Source: Octopus vulgaris (Eukaryota). From it: 64,000 bases of DNA. Under the pieces are notes generated by a model that was given only the letters and a program-made list of their open reading frames with translations, ran no database searches and had not been told where the DNA came from. Location of the stretch: the NCBI GenBank assembly GCA_951406725.2, contig OX597814.1, positions 152,954,001 through 153,018,000 on the forward strand, read 5' to 3'. The position numbers and the translations under genes are program-made. Every line of letters begins with the position of its first letter. The first letter of the stretch is position 1. Below, in pieces: positions 41,361 to 55,369 of the stretch.

Positions 41361-42944
41361 TAAACATACATTTTGTCGCGAAAGTCCGTCTACTAGGAAA
41401 CGATTTGTCATTGTGAAAAAACGAGTGCCTTTTGCCCTCATTTTCTTTTTAATCTTTTTATAAAAGTGAAAGGATTTCGTCTATTTATTTCTGCTGTCCA
41501 CTTACGACGGTGATTCAGTTGACTAGAAAAACTATACGTGATGAATATCCAATACCAAACTATCTTAATCTACATATTGAAATTGCATTAAACTTTGGCA
41601 AGCTTACCTTTACCTATTCTGAGTTACTTGAAAGGTGATGTTCCCTTCTCTCTCTTCTGATTGTTGATACCTTTTTTTTTTTACCTTTTTTTTACCTTTG
41701 ATACCGTTGTTTCACTTGATACCGCTATTTGTCTTGGCAAAGAGACACAAATCTTACCCAGTCTCCTTTGAAAAATGTTTTCCAATTCCTGGAGAAGGTC
41801 ACAAATATTTGGTTGTCAGTGTGTCAAACGAGTTCCGATCAACTTTAAAAACAAAACAAAATGTCCGTAATTCCAAAATATAGGAAGTTTGACAGTCGAT
41901 GAAGCGACTACCGGTTAGCTTGGGTGACATGGAGAGGAGAACATGAAGGTCGAGTGGTGGTGACACAATTTTGTGTGAAACATTTAAAATTTTTCCACAT
42001 CACAGATTTGCTATATAATATGCAGCACCAACATACGGATCTAACACGACAACCGCTCTACCAGTACCACTGCCACCACCACCACCGCCACCGCCACCAC
42101 CACTGCTTCCACCAATCACCATAGACATAGAATTACTACATCACCGTAGCTAGCACGATTTTGTTTTAATTGTCGTTGTGATTAAACAATGTGTTTCTTG
42201 TCGAGGTTGGGAAGCTGTTTATGTGAAGAGTTATATAATGATAATAATGAAAACATTGGGTTACCCAGCCATTATGATATTTCGACTGCTGCTGTCCATT
42301 GTTTCAAATAGGTTTTAGCATTGTCACTCACATATGATTCGACCCAAAGAATCAACCTTTAAATAAGAGTTTTGCTTCCACTAGCGAAACCTATACGTAT
42401 CTTTCAGGAAGCTCCATACCAATTTAACTTTATGCAGCATTCACAGTTAGTTTATGTGCACGCTATGTGGGAAGATAGAATAAAGGGGCTTTTATTAGCT
42501 TTTCTCTCCGAAAAAAATAGCTCCCTTTGCTGTTGAAAAAAAAAAAAAACTCGCAGAGGGGAAGTTTCAACATCTTCCTTCAATTTCCTTACACCATTTA
42601 TGTGGCTGTTCCTGACAAGAAATTTCGCTTTCATGTAAAAGAACTATATTTTGTAGTCATTATCCGCAATCTACTCCCAAAACACTTCGGTAGCTCTACT
42701 TTACATCGCTTGCAAACTTATATGTTCTATGATAATCAAAGTGCAACTGCCTCCACAATAACCAGCCTTCAATATGATTTTCCGTTCCTAGATTAATCGG
42801 AAACAGATTGCCATGCTACACATAAACCTTCTCGGTAGTTCAATTACTTGGTGAAAAGAATACCACGAAAGTAACTTAAACCGTCCAAAGGACTGGTGCA
42901 TTTGCTAGTTTTCCTATAAATATACATATGAAGATAATTTTAAC

Positions 42945-43110
42945 TGTATGTATGAATGTATGCATGTATGTATATATGTACGTACGTTTGTATGTATGTA
43001 TGTATGTATGTATGTATGTATGTATGTATGTATGTATGTACGTACGTACGTATGTATGTATGTATGTATGTATGTATGTATGTATGTATGTATGTATGTA
43101 TGTATGTATG

Positions 43111-43141
<31 letters not shown>

Positions 43142-43592
43142 GTATGTATGTATGTATGTATGTATGTATGTATGTATGTATGTATGTATGTATGTATGTA
43201 TGTATGTATGTATGTATGTATGTACGTACGTATGTATGTAAGTATGTATGTATGTATGTATGTATGTATGTATGTATGTATGTATGTATGTATGTATGTA
43301 TGTATGTATGTATGTATGTATGTACGTACGTACGTATGTAAGTATGTATGTATGTATGTATGTATGTATGTACGTACGTATGTATGTAAGTATGTATGTA
43401 TGTATGTATGTATGTATGTATGTATGTATGTATGTATGTATGTATGTATGTATGTATGTATGTACGTACGTACGTACGTAAGTATGTATGTATGTATGTA
43501 TGTATGTATGTATGTATGTATGTATGTATGTATGTATGTATGTATGTATGTATGTATGTATGTATGTATGTACGTATGTATGTAAGTATGTA
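42945..43592. repeat. ~650-bp (TATG)n array with TACG/TAAG variants
   Basis: Direct reading. Confidence 0.97.
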
Positions 43593-45486
43593 TTGCTTTC
43601 CTCTGGAATATGTAGCACTATTCATTGTTTTACAAGTTCTCCAAAACCAGTAAGATTCATACTGCAAGAGATTAAAAACATTGGCAGAGATGGACAAACG
43701 GAATTTCAGATGGTTGAACTGAAAAGAAAGCTCTAGTAAGCCAATGAAATCTCTCCATTCTCTGGAACATCCTCTTTTATTTTTATTTTTATTTTATTTT
43801 ATTTTCGATACACGCGTAAGGAAAGTGAGAACTTATTAATTTTTGAAAAGTTAATAGATGGAAGCATTTAACAAAGAAAAGAAAGAAAACGAATTTACGT
43901 TGGCAATAAAATTTTACAATGCATGACAAACCCTAACATTACGCAGTGCCCTAATCCTAAACTCCAACCTCAGCCCTAAACTCTAGACCTTAAACGTAAT
44001 CCAATGTTTTCATTATTATCATTATATAACCCATCACGTACACAGCTTCCCAACAAGAAACACATTGGTTAATCACAACGAAAATTAAACCAAAATCGCG
44101 ATGGCTACAGTGACGTAGTCATTCTATGTCCATGGTGATTGGTGGATGTGGTAGTGGCGGGGGAGGTGGTAGTGGTAGATCCGTATGTTGGTGCTGCATA
44201 TAACCAAGTAAATCTGTTATCTGGTAAAATTTGAAATGTTTGTCGAAAATCTTATCACCACCATTTGACCTTCACGTTCTCCTCTCGACCTCACACAAGT
44301 TCATCGGGAAATGTCCCATTGACTCTCAAATTTCATGTTTTTACATTAAAGAATTTTTTTTTGTCTGTTTGTATGTATGTATGTATGTATGTATGTATGT
44401 ATGTATGTATGTATGCATGCATGCATTTATGTATGTATGTATGTATGTATGTATGTATGTATGTATGTATGTGTGTGTATGTATGTGTGTATGTATGTAT
44501 GTATGTATGTATTATGTATGTATGTATGTATGTATGTATGTATTAGTTTGTCAGTAAAACTTTTTACAAGGTATGACAAACCCTAACCTTATCAATGCAT
44601 GGCAATCCCTAACATTACGCAGCACCCTAACTCTAAAGCTTAACACGAACCTCAGCCCTAAACTCTAGAGCTTAAACGTAAACCAATGTTTTCATTCTTA
44701 TCATTATATAATTCTTCACATAAACAGCTTCCCAACCTCAACAAGAAACACATTGTTTAATCGCAACGACAATTAAAACAAAATCGCGCTAGCTACGGTG
44801 ATGTAGTAATTCTATGTCTATGGTGATTGGTCGCAGTGGTAGTGTGAGAGCGGTTGTAGTGTTAGATCCGTTTGTTGGTACTGCATATTACAAAGTAAAT
44901 CTGTGATGTGGAAAAATTTGAAATGTTTCACACTAAATTGTGTCACCACCACTCGACCTTCATGTCCTCCTCTCCACGTCACCCAAGTTCACCAGTAGTC
45001 GCTTCATCGACTGTCAAACTTCATATATTTTGGAATTACGAACATTTTTTTTTTTTGAAAGTTGATCAGAACTCGTTTGACACACAACCAAATATTTGTG
45101 ACCTTCTCCAGGAATTGGAAAACATTTTTCAAGGGAGACTGGGTAAGATTTGTGTCTCTTTGCCAAGACAACTAACCATGATTATGCAAGACTATGGAAT
45201 TAACTTGCTTTTTGTTTTGATTCTCCTTTCCATTAATAGCTACTAACGAACAATTAAGTAAAATGTGATATAAAGAATAACTACATACCTACGTTAAAGA
45301 CAAATTTCAGTTTTGTGTGGTTCGATTTCTCCCTAGGTGAAATAGTTGACAGTCTGCATTAGAAATCGGTAAAATCCTCCGTTTGACCCGGTTCGCACAT
45401 ATTCACTGAATATGAAATATTAACCTCCGGATACAAGTAGTTTGAAAGTTAATTTCGAGACAAAATATTCGCAGGTATCTGTGAAA

Positions 45487-45558
45487 GGTTCTATGGTGTA
45501 ATGGTTAGCACTCCGTATTTTGAATCCAGCGGTCCAATTTCAAATCTGCGTAGAACCT
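45487..45558 (+). pseudogene. Full-length tRNA-Gln(TTG) pseudogene
   Basis: 72 nt, with substitutions in the anticodon stem, T stem and B-box. Confidence 0.85.
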
Positions 45559-46100
45559 TGCAAACTAAATGTTTTTGTTTTTTCGGTTATATGACTGTTG
45601 AAATGTCAAATTGATTTTTAGTTGACTCACGAATCAATAATTTCTGCGCTTTCCGAGTATGTGAATTCATAAGACCTTAATGACTTTCCCCTTATCCGAA
45701 GGACAATTGTCTGAAACGTTGCATTTCTACTCTTCCTCGCATCATAAATCATATTCCCTTGTCTGAACACAAAGTATTATTTCACACGAAAACACATCAT
45801 TCGTTTGTTGGTTCTTACAGTTTTCCTGTTATAAGTAAAGCCAATTGCTGGATATTTATTTATTTATCAATGACATCAAAGTATGACTGCCACAAGAGAT
45901 GTGCTATAATGTTCCTTTCTTTATCACTGATTAAATGGAAAAAAGTTTGAAAACCATAGTGATATAAAACAGAATTAGTAATCGAAACTGCGTTACTAAA
46001 AGATCTCCAAAGGTGTTCGTCACTTATTATGGCTTTATTCGTCTTCCAGGTGTCAATGAAATAAAATTAGTGAATCAGTTTAATATTACTATAAATATCA

Positions 46101-46640
46101 CAGACGAGCAGAACGCCCCTCGTCCAATGGACGGTGCTGAGTTGTCAAACATTTAAACCAAATTTTCTCAAATCAACTTGTCCGACCGTCCAATAGGCCT
46201 CCCCTTTGAGAAACACCGATTTAACCTAAATTTGGGACACCAGCAAAAGAAGAAATAAAGATAGACTAGTTTTCTTTTCCAAAGAAAAACGATTTTATTC
46301 ACACAACTATGCAACCGAAGAGTTTAAAGTACCAGTAATGATAAGGCTGTTGACTGGGATAACACAAACATGGTTTAAACAGTAAGCTTGGCAGAAAAGA
46401 AACGTGCCTTTAAGCAGTACAAAAACAACAAAAAATGGAAGGTGCAGTTATGTACAGGTTGACGGAAGAAAATCAGGACAAAAACGGCTTTATCGATCGC
46501 ATTCTCACCTGGAATCGATTTTTGTTATTTTTTCAAAGGTTTGTACACTCCCTGATACGGTCGGTATCTACATATCAAATTTGAGCGCAATCGGATGGAG
46601 GATGCCCGAGATCCGAGAAGACACACACACAGACAGGCAG
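46101..46640 (-). mobile_element. Helitron-like insertion
   Basis: Reverse complement starts TCTTTTATATAAAA and ends with a GACGAG/CTCGTC hairpin; absent from the paralogous sites at ~48545 and ~50985. Confidence 0.6.
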
Positions 46641-48594
46641 AACGGATTTTATATAAAAGATATGAAGAGAATTTTAGCTGTATGTATGTATGTATGTATG
46701 TATGTATGTATGTATGTATGTATGTATGTATGTATGTATGTATGTATGTATGTATGTATGATTGCATGTATGTGTAGTGACTTCATTTGGGCATAGAGTA
46801 GATTCGAACCTCGATCAGCAATTTCCATTAACATTTCGACAGCATTTTTTTCTCACAGAAAAACAATGGTTGACATCAGTTATAATGAATGCATGGCCTC
46901 GCTATGCCGAATTACGTCGTTTCCACTTGACCCTTCTAACCTCTTGTATGCGGAGGAGAGTTGAATTGAGATAACTGTTGACCCCCGAAGAATATCTATT
47001 GTTCTCTGCAATATACCTTTTTTTCATGCTAGTTTTGTATAGTTATAAATACAAGAACTCCGTAAGCCAAAATCAGTTAGTGGGAACTGGCTAATAGGGG
47101 AGTTGGCTGACCGGCTGAACGAAACGCCGTCTCTTAATGAAAAGGCACAGAGGGACAACTATGGTAACTCACCAACGAAGCAGACGTCTCGTCCCACCAC
47201 TCTCACTTTCTCACTAGCTCATTTCTCTACAACACCACTCTATCATTTTCCCTGCTGCTAGAATGATGAGAACACAAACACACCTATACAAGAAAAATCT
47301 ACGATATCTCTCTTTACCTTGCATGCTTTACGAAGTATATTGTACAATCCAGCTCACCGTGGTTTGACTATAACAACATGTAACGGTAAATAAATGTTTG
47401 TTTACAACTTCGAACACTGATCTTCTTGCGTCTTCACAAACATCATCCATATAATGAAACCATTACATTTGGAAACCTCCGACTTTAATACATACCGTTA
47501 CATATGTATGTATGTTATGTATGTATGTTATGTATGTATGTATGTATGTATGTATGTATGTATGTATGTATGTATGTATGTATGTATGTATGTATTGTGT
47601 ATGTATGTATGTATTGCTTTTCTCTGGAATGTGTAGCACTATCCATTATTTTACCAGTTTTCCAAGACCAGTCAGTTTGATACAGCAAGAGATTAAAACG
47701 TAGGCAGAGATGGAAAATCAGTATTTCAGATGGTTGAACTTCTGGAGAGAGTGGTCCAGCAATAATGGCCAGTGAGGTTACAAACATTTAATCATTGAAA
47801 TTTTTTGACACTTTAGCCAATGAAATCTGTCCATTCTCTGCAACATCATTTTTTTTTTCAATATACGCATATCCTAATACTAACCCTAAACCCTAACTAC
47901 AGCCTGAGCTCCATACGCCAAACTATTACCTTAAAACTAACCCAATATTTTCATTCTTATCATTATATAACTCTTTACATAAATAGCTTTCCTACCACAA
48001 CAACAAATATATTGTTTAATCACTACAGCAATTAAAACAAAATCGTGCTGACTACGGTGACATAATGACTGTCTGTCCATGGTGATTGGTGGTTGTGGTG
48101 GTGGTGGTCGACGCGGATGTTGGTGGTGGTAGATGCATATGTTGGTGTTGCATATTACAAGGTAAATCTGTCATCTAGTAAAATTTGAAATGTTTCACAC
48201 AAAATGATGTCACCACCACTCGCCCTTCACATTCTCCTTACCACGTCACCCAAGTTCACCGGAAGTCACCTCATCAACCCTCTAACTTCATGTTTTTGTA
48301 TAAAAACCTATTTTGCGAGAGCTGATCAGAACTCGTTTGACACACTGACACAGACAAATTTCAGTGACTTTGTCCAGGAATCAGAAAGCACTTTTCAGAA
48401 GAATTAAGTGATGTAAAATAGAATTAGTAATTGAAACTGCGTTCCTAACAGAACTCTAGACATGTTCGTCCATTATTATGGCTTTATTCGTCTTCCAGGT
48501 GACAACAGAATAAAACTGGGGAATGTGTTTAATATTTCTATGGATATCATAGATATAAAGGGAATTTTAAGTGTATGTATGTATGTATGTATGT

Positions 48595-48802
48595 ACTCTT
48601 TTACTCTTTTACTTGTTTCAGTCATTTGACTGCGGCCATGCTGGAGCACCGCCTTTAGTGGAGCAAATCAACTCCGGGACTTATTCTTTGTAAGCCCAGT
48701 ACTTATTCTATCGATCTCTTTTGCCGAACCGCTAGGTGACGGGGACGTAAACACACCAGCATCGGTTGTCAAGCAATGCTAGGGGGACAAACACACACAC
48801 AT

Positions 48803-48833
<31 letters not shown>

Positions 48834-48978
48834 CATATATATACGACAGGCTTCTTTCAGTTTCCGTCTGCCAAATCCACTCACAAGGCATTGGTCGGCC
48901 CGGGGCTATAGCAGAAGACACTTGCCCAAGATGCCACGCAGTGGGACTGAACCCGGAACCATCAGCCACTCCCGCGCC
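48595..48978 (-). mobile_element. SINE family A with a deletion in the head
   Basis: Homologous to other copies; lacks ~25 nt between the A- and B-boxes. Confidence 0.9.
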
Positions 48979-48995
48979 TATAAAGATTAATGCCT

Positions 48996-49067
48996 GGGCT
49001 CGTCCGGGATTCGAACCCGGGACCTCTCGCACCCAAAGCGAGAATCATACCCCTAGATCAACGAGCC
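48996..49067 (-). tRNA. tRNA-Pro(TGG), A10 variant
   Basis: Reverse complement GGCTCGTTGATCTAGGGGTATGATTCTCGCTTTGGGTGCGAGAGGTCCCGGGTTCGAATCCCGGACGAGCCC forms a full cloverleaf. Confidence 0.88.
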
Positions 49068-49955
49068 TTGTACGTATGTAAAAAATACAAAATGGAACAA
49101 GAACGCAAAACATCCGGACAGTTGGGTGATACAAAAATGGGACAACAAAACATCCAGATAGACGATACAAACAAAATGCATAACAAACCCTAACCTTACA
49201 CAATATCCTAACCCTAAACCCTAACTCCAGCCTGAGTCCTAAGCTCTAAACCTTAAACCTAACCTAATGTTTTCATTATATAACGCTTCACGTAAACAGC
49301 TTCCCTACCACGACAACAAATATTTTGTTTAATCACAGCGACAATTAAAACAAAATCGCGCTGGCTACGGTGACGTCGTAATTGTATGTCCATGGTTATT
49401 GGTGGCAGTGGTGGCTGTGGCGATGGTGGAAGTAGATTCGTATGTTGGTGTTGCATATTACAACGTAAATCTGTCATCTGGTAAAATTTTAAATGTTTCA
49501 CGCAAAATCGTCACCAAATTTGAAAACTTAAGTTCCCTGGAAATCGCTTCATCGACTCCCAAACTTCGTATATTTTAGAATTAAGAAACCGTTTTTTTGA
49601 AAATTGATTAGAACTTGTTTGACACACTGACACAAGCAAATTTTAGTGACCCTTGTCCTGGAATCGGAAAACATTTTGATAAGGTTTTAACGAAAAATTA
49701 AGTAAAATGTTTCCTAACGTTGATATGAAGAACGATCACATACATACCTACGTAAGAGATAAGTTTTAGTTACACGAGACTAACTTTCTCGCAAGGTGAA
49801 CTAGTTCACTGTCTGCGGTAGAAATCGGTAAAATACAGCCCACTCCTCTATTTGACCCAGTTCGCACATATTCACTGAATAAGAAATATTTACCTCCTGG
49901 CACACGTAGTTTGGAAGTTAATTTCAAGATAAAATGTACGTCAGAAGCAATGATA

Positions 49956-50014
49956 GATTCTAAGTCGTAATGATCAGCACTTCGAACTTTGAATCCAGCG
50001 ATCCGGTAGAACTT
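49956..50014 (+). pseudogene. tRNA-Gln pseudogene lacking the T arm
   Basis: ...GCACTTCGAACTTTGAATCCAGCGATCC-GGTAGAACTT, in the same flanking context as other copies. Confidence 0.8.
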
Positions 50015-50225
50015 AGAAAACTTAAATATAATTTTTTTTTTCCGTTATATCACTATTAAAATGTCACCTTGATTTTCAATTGACTCACGAATCAATAATT
50101 TCTTTGCTTTCCAAGTATGTGAAGTCATATGACCTTAATGACTTTCTCTTTCTCTGAAGGACAATTGTCTGAAACGTTACATTTCTATTCTTCCTCGCCG
50201 CATAAATCATATTACCTTGTCTAAA

Positions 50226-50647
50226 CAGGAGTGGCTGTGTGGTAAGTAGCTTGCTAACCAACCACATGGTTCAGGGTTCAGTCCCACTGCGTGGCATCTT
50301 GGGCAAGTGTCTTCTGCTATAGCCCCGGGCCGACCAATGCCTTGTGAGTGGATTTGGTAGATGGAAACTGAAAGAAGCCTGTCGTATATATGTATATATA
50401 TATATGTGTGTGTGTGTATGTGTGTGTGTTTGTGTGTGTGTGTTTGTTCCTCTAGCATTGCTTGACAACCGATGCTGGTGTGTTTACGTCCCCGTCACTT
50501 AGCGGTTCGGCAATAGAGACCGATAGAATAAGTACTGGGCTTACAAAGAATAAGTCCCGGGGTCGATTTGCTCGACTAAAGGCGATGCTCCAGCATGGCC
50601 GCAGTCAAATGACTGAAAAAAGTAAAAGAGTAAAAGAAAAGAGAGTA
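50226..50647 (+). mobile_element. SINE family A
   Basis: Full body and tail; the empty site is visible in the paralogues at ~40755 and ~45765. Confidence 0.9.
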
Positions 50648-51365
50648 AACACACCGTATTCCTTCACGCGAAAACACAACATTGTTCATTTTTTGGTTCT
50701 TACAGTTTTCCTGTTATAAGTAAAGCCAATTGCTGGATATTTGTTTATTTATCAATGATATCAAACTATGACTGCCATAAGAAATGTGCTATAATATTCC
50801 TTTTTTATGACTGATTAAATGGAAAAAAAGTTTGAAAATTTTAGTGGCATAAAACAGAATTAGTAATCGAAACCGCGTTACTAACAGATCATCAAAGATG
50901 TTCGTCACTTACTATGGCTTTATTCGTCTTCCAGGTGTCAATGAAATTAAATTAGGGAATCAGTTTAATATTCTTATAGATATCATAGATATGAAGAGAA
51001 TTTTAACTGTATGTATGTATGTATGTATGTATGTATTGGTTTCCTCTGGACCATGTAGCACCATGCATTGTTTTACAAGTTCTCCAAAACCAGTAAGATC
51101 GATGCTGCAAAAAATCAAAAATATAGGCAGAGATGAAAATTCAGAGTTTCAGATGGTCGAACTTCTGAAAAGAAATATCCAGCAACAAAAGCCAGTGAGG
51201 TTACGAACCTTTAAACATTGAAATTTTTATACTTTAGCCAATGAAATCTGTCCATTCACATACTTGGAAAGCAAAAAAATTATTGATTCGTGAGTTAATT
51301 GAAATTCAAGGCGACATTTCAATAGTCATATAACCGAAAGAAAAAAAAGTGGTATATAGTTTTTA

Positions 51366-51437
51366 AGGTTGCACAGAGATTTGAACTCGTATCACTAGAT
51401 TCAAAGCCCCGAGTGCTAACAATTACACCATAGAACC
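51366..51437 (-). pseudogene. tRNA-Gln(TTG) pseudogene
   Basis: 72 nt colinear, with mismatches in the acceptor and anticodon stems. Confidence 0.85.
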
Positions 51438-51566
51438 TACCGCAGACGGCGTCAAACATGTGAAATTAACTTCTTTTCGATATATGCATATCCTAATCCT
51501 CACCCTAGACCCTAATCCAACCCGAGCCCTATGCCCTGCCCCATAACCTTAAACCTTAAAACTAAC

Positions 51567-52384
51567 GGATCTTTTCCTTTTGAACGGCTGTTTTCAACAC
51601 AATTTCTAGTTAACTAAACACTTTTAAACTTCGTATACTGGTAGAATGTGTTCATAAAACATAATTTTTTCTCGGCTTTATTGAGACAATTCTATATGTT
51701 GTAACATATTTCCACTTTAAAATCGAGCTTTTCGGCAATTTTAACCAATCAAATACGCCCATTTGGAGTCAAAACATACCGTGCTGTATGAATATGTCCC
51801 TCAGAAACAGACTGGGTTTATTTACATTTGCGAAGAAAGAAAGATACCCTTCCCCCACCCCTAACCCTAACTCTAACTCTAACTAAACCTAACCCTAAAA
51901 TAGATTGAAATGCAATAGATCGATACTAGGGCCATAATTATGGATGACAATTTCATACGACTTCGCTACGGAAAATGGGATTTTTTCTAGCGGTGTCGTA
52001 TGAAATTGTCACCCATAATTATGGCCCTAGTATCGATCTATTGCATTTCAATCTATTTTAGGGTTAGGTTTAGTTAGAGTTAGGGTTAGGGGTGGGAAGA
52101 AGGGTATCTTTCTTTCTTCGCAAATGTAAATAAACCCAGTCTGTTTCTGAGGGACATATTCATACAGCACGGTATGTTTTGACTCCAAATGGACGTATTT
52201 GATTGGTTAAAATTGCCGAAAAGCTCGATTTTAAAGTGGAAATATGTTACAACATATAGAATTGTCTCAATAAAGACAAGAAAAAATGATGTTTTATAAA
52301 CACATTCTACCAGTATACGAAGTTTAAAAGTGTTTAGTTAACTAGAAATTGTGTTGAAAACAGCCGTTCAAAAGGAAAATATCC
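51567..52384. mobile_element. Foldback DNA transposon with ~400-bp TIRs and 8-bp TSD
   Basis: GGATCTTTTCCTTTTGAACGG...CCGTTCAAAAGGAAAATATCC; TSD AAACTAAC at 51559-51566 and 52385-52392. Confidence 0.9.
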
Positions 52385-52797
52385 AAACTAACTCCAATAT
52401 TTTCATTCTTATCATTATAAAACTCCTCGCGGAAACAGCTTTCCTACCATGGCAACAAATATATTGTTTATTTACTACAACAATTAAAATAAAATCGCGC
52501 TGGCTAAGGTGACGTGGTGATTGTATGTCCATGGTGATTAGTGGCAGTGATGGTGGTGGTGGTGGCGGCGGCGGCTGCGGTGTTGGTAGATCCGTATGTT
52601 GCTGCTGCATAAAACAAAGTAAATCCATTACCTGGTAAAATTTAAAATGTTTCATGCAAAGTCGTATCACTACCACGGGACGTTCACGTTCTCCTCTCCA
52701 CGTCATCTAAGCTCCACAGAAGTCGCCTCATCGACTCTCAAACTTCATATATTTTGGAATGAAGAAAATTTTTTTCTAGAAAGTTGATCAATTTATA

Positions 52798-52960
52798 GGC
52801 GCAGGAGTGGCTGTGTGGTAAGTAGCTTACTTACGAACCACATGGTTCCGGGTTCAGTCCCTCTGCGTGGGACCTTGGGCAAGTGTCTTCTACTATAGCC
52901 TCGGGCCGACCAAAACCCTGTGAGTGGATTTGGTAGACGGAAACTGAAAGAAGTCCATCG

Positions 52961-52995
<35 letters not shown>

Positions 52996-53013
52996 CTGTG
53001 TGTGCGTGTGTGC

Positions 53014-53063
<50 letters not shown>

Positions 53064-53246
53064 TTGTGTGTCTGTGTTTGATCCCCCTCCCCCCAACGTT
53101 ACTTGACAACCGATGCTGGTGTGTTTACATCCCCGTCATTTAGCGTTTCGGCAAGACAGACCGATAGAATAAGTACTAGGCTTACAAAGAATAAGTCCTG
53201 CTGGTCGATTTGCTCGACTAAAGGCGATGCTCCAGCATGGCCACAG
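52798..53246 (+). mobile_element. SINE family A, tail truncated
   Basis: GGCGCAGGAGTGGCTGTGTGG head through GCATGGCCACAG. Confidence 0.9.
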
Positions 53247-53757
53247 GCACATGGTAAGCAGCTTGGTAACAGCTTGGCTTATTACTATGGAAACAGGCAC
53301 CTATATGCCTGTGGCTTTCGATTGGTTAAAATTACCCAAAATTTGCAAACTTTAAAAGCTGTTAATTCTTTGTTTATTGATTTATGGCGAAAATGAATTT
53401 CATGTCAAGAATTACTTTACAAAACTCCGCCAGTACATAAAATATGAAAGCAATTGGAACAAAAATTGAAGAAATTGAAAAGTGGCAGCCAAATAGAATA
53501 AATCCCACAGTATGTTATTTAAAATACTTGAGGAAGACAACGCAAGTATTAGTTAGTTACTCAGTTTAAAATCACAAACTAAATACACATGATTTAATTT
53601 TTAAGTCAGTAGTTTATCAATACTTGATTGAATTTCCACACTTTTAAAGACCATATTGCATCATAAAGGTATGACCTTTTGTATCAAATCACTGATATAA
53701 AATTGAGAAATGCTACAATAAAATAAAAGAGAAAAGAAAAAAAAACTCTATGCACTT

Positions 53758-53822
53758 AGGTTCTACCGAGACTTGAACACGGATTGCTGGATTCACAGTT
53801 CTAACCATTACACCATAGAACT
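53758..53822 (-). pseudogene. tRNA-Gln pseudogene with a 7-nt anticodon-arm deletion
   Basis: Reverse complement AGTTCTATGGTGTAATGGTTAGAACT-GTGAATCCAGCAATCCGTGTTCAAGTCTCGGTAGAACCT. Confidence 0.85.
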
Positions 53823-55137
53823 TTGATGGCTCAGTGCAGAACATTTTACCATAAAGTAAAATTCCGCACCGTGCTTTTGTCGTTCATATTATCAGTAAGC
53901 ACTAGGACAGAGAATTAGCAAAATCATTAGAGCGTTAGAAAAATGCCATGCTCTATATTGTATATTCTTCACCTATTTACGTTCATAGTTCAAATCCCAT
54001 CGTAGTCAACTTAGTTTTTCATCCTTCCAACGTCAATAAAATGAATTACCTGTTGAGTACGAAGTCGGTTTAACTGACTGTTTCCTTTCCATAAAATTCC
54101 TGGCATTTTATCTATAATGATTGCAGTGTGTTCTAACCATCTAGATACTCTTTCGATTCCTTCTCTTTGGGCTGACATATCTTGGTACGGTACTTTCCAA
54201 TTATCGTCAGCCAATTTTTTTTTATTTACTAAAGGATTAGCCAATAAACAATTATACTCGTGAGACGGGTGTAAGTTGAACGGCGGACTTACAAAAAACA
54301 AAAAAGTAACTCTACCTCATGAGGAAAGAAAAGGGTAGGCGATTGAATGATTGCTTCCTTTTTGTAAAAGAAGTATTTGTCAAAAGCATTAATTCTTCAC
54401 ATTTTTGCACTCCAATTCCTTGCTTTTTTTCTGATTATTTTTTACTCGTAAAGGGCTAAGGGCAAAGAGCATATTCTTCCAATATTCTCTCAGTTCTGGA
54501 ACAAAATTTTCCATTTTACCAATACTATCCAATCCCAGAACTTGGATGACATTGAAATTTAATTACATTTACAGGGATATGATCTCGTTAGAAGCAAACA
54601 GTAAATGTCTTTCCCTATTGAGTAAACCTTTAATGAAAGTATTCACCCTTAAACATGTAGTCTAGTCATGGGTAAACAGCAGCTCGCGGGACTTTCTGGG
54701 TGTCTACGTGTACTTAACGAAAAATTATCTTGAATTCTTTTAATAGCGCTTCACGAGAAAGGTTGATTGTACCTGGCCTAGCCTTTATTTCTAAAGTAAC
54801 ATACAGCTAGAACAGTGGAAACCGTTTATTATAATCAAAGAAAATGTTATTTACCTGTTACTGGCATTAAAATTGACGGTTCCCAAACTTTACATTTAAA
54901 ATTCATTGCAATTTATCCGCTTGCTGGACTCAAAGCTTGCGATATTGCTATACAACTAACTCTTCGTGCGAACCGCTTCACGACCACTACAATAAATATA
55001 TTGCTTCCAATCAGTACGGGGATCAAAACAAAATTACGCTAGCTACGGAAACATAGTAATTGTATCTCGGTGGTGATGGTGACTGATGGCAAAGGTGGTG
55101 GTAGTGGTGGTATAGTCGTATGTTGGTGCCGCATATA

Positions 55138-55369
55138 TGTTTCTTTATTGCCCACAAGGGGCTAAACATAGAGAGGACAAACAAGGACAGACAAACGGAT
55201 TAAGTCGATTACATCGACCCCAGTGCGTAACCGGTACTTAATTTATCGACCAAGAAAGATGAAAGGCAAAGTCGACCTCGGCGGAATTTGAACTCAGAAC
55301 GTAACGGCAGACGAAATACGGCTACGCATTTCGCCCTGCGTGCTAACGATTCTGCCAGCTCGCCGCCTT
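55138..55369 (-). mobile_element. SINE family B with 15-bp TSD
   Basis: TSD TTGGTG(C/T)..CATATA-type repeat: TTGGTGCCGCATATA at 55123-55137 and TTGGTGCTGCATATA at 55370-55384. Confidence 0.9.

Noticed and set aside
42876-43736. ORFs up to 273 aa (HTYI/MYVC repeats)
   Set aside because: They are the (TATG)n array, not a protein.
43925-44000. CCCTAA-like repeats as an interstitial telomere
   Set aside because: Short and degenerate, and part of the amplified unit or transposon arms.
47036-47467. LTR-like segment ending CATTACA
   Set aside because: No definable 5' end, TSD or partner LTR.
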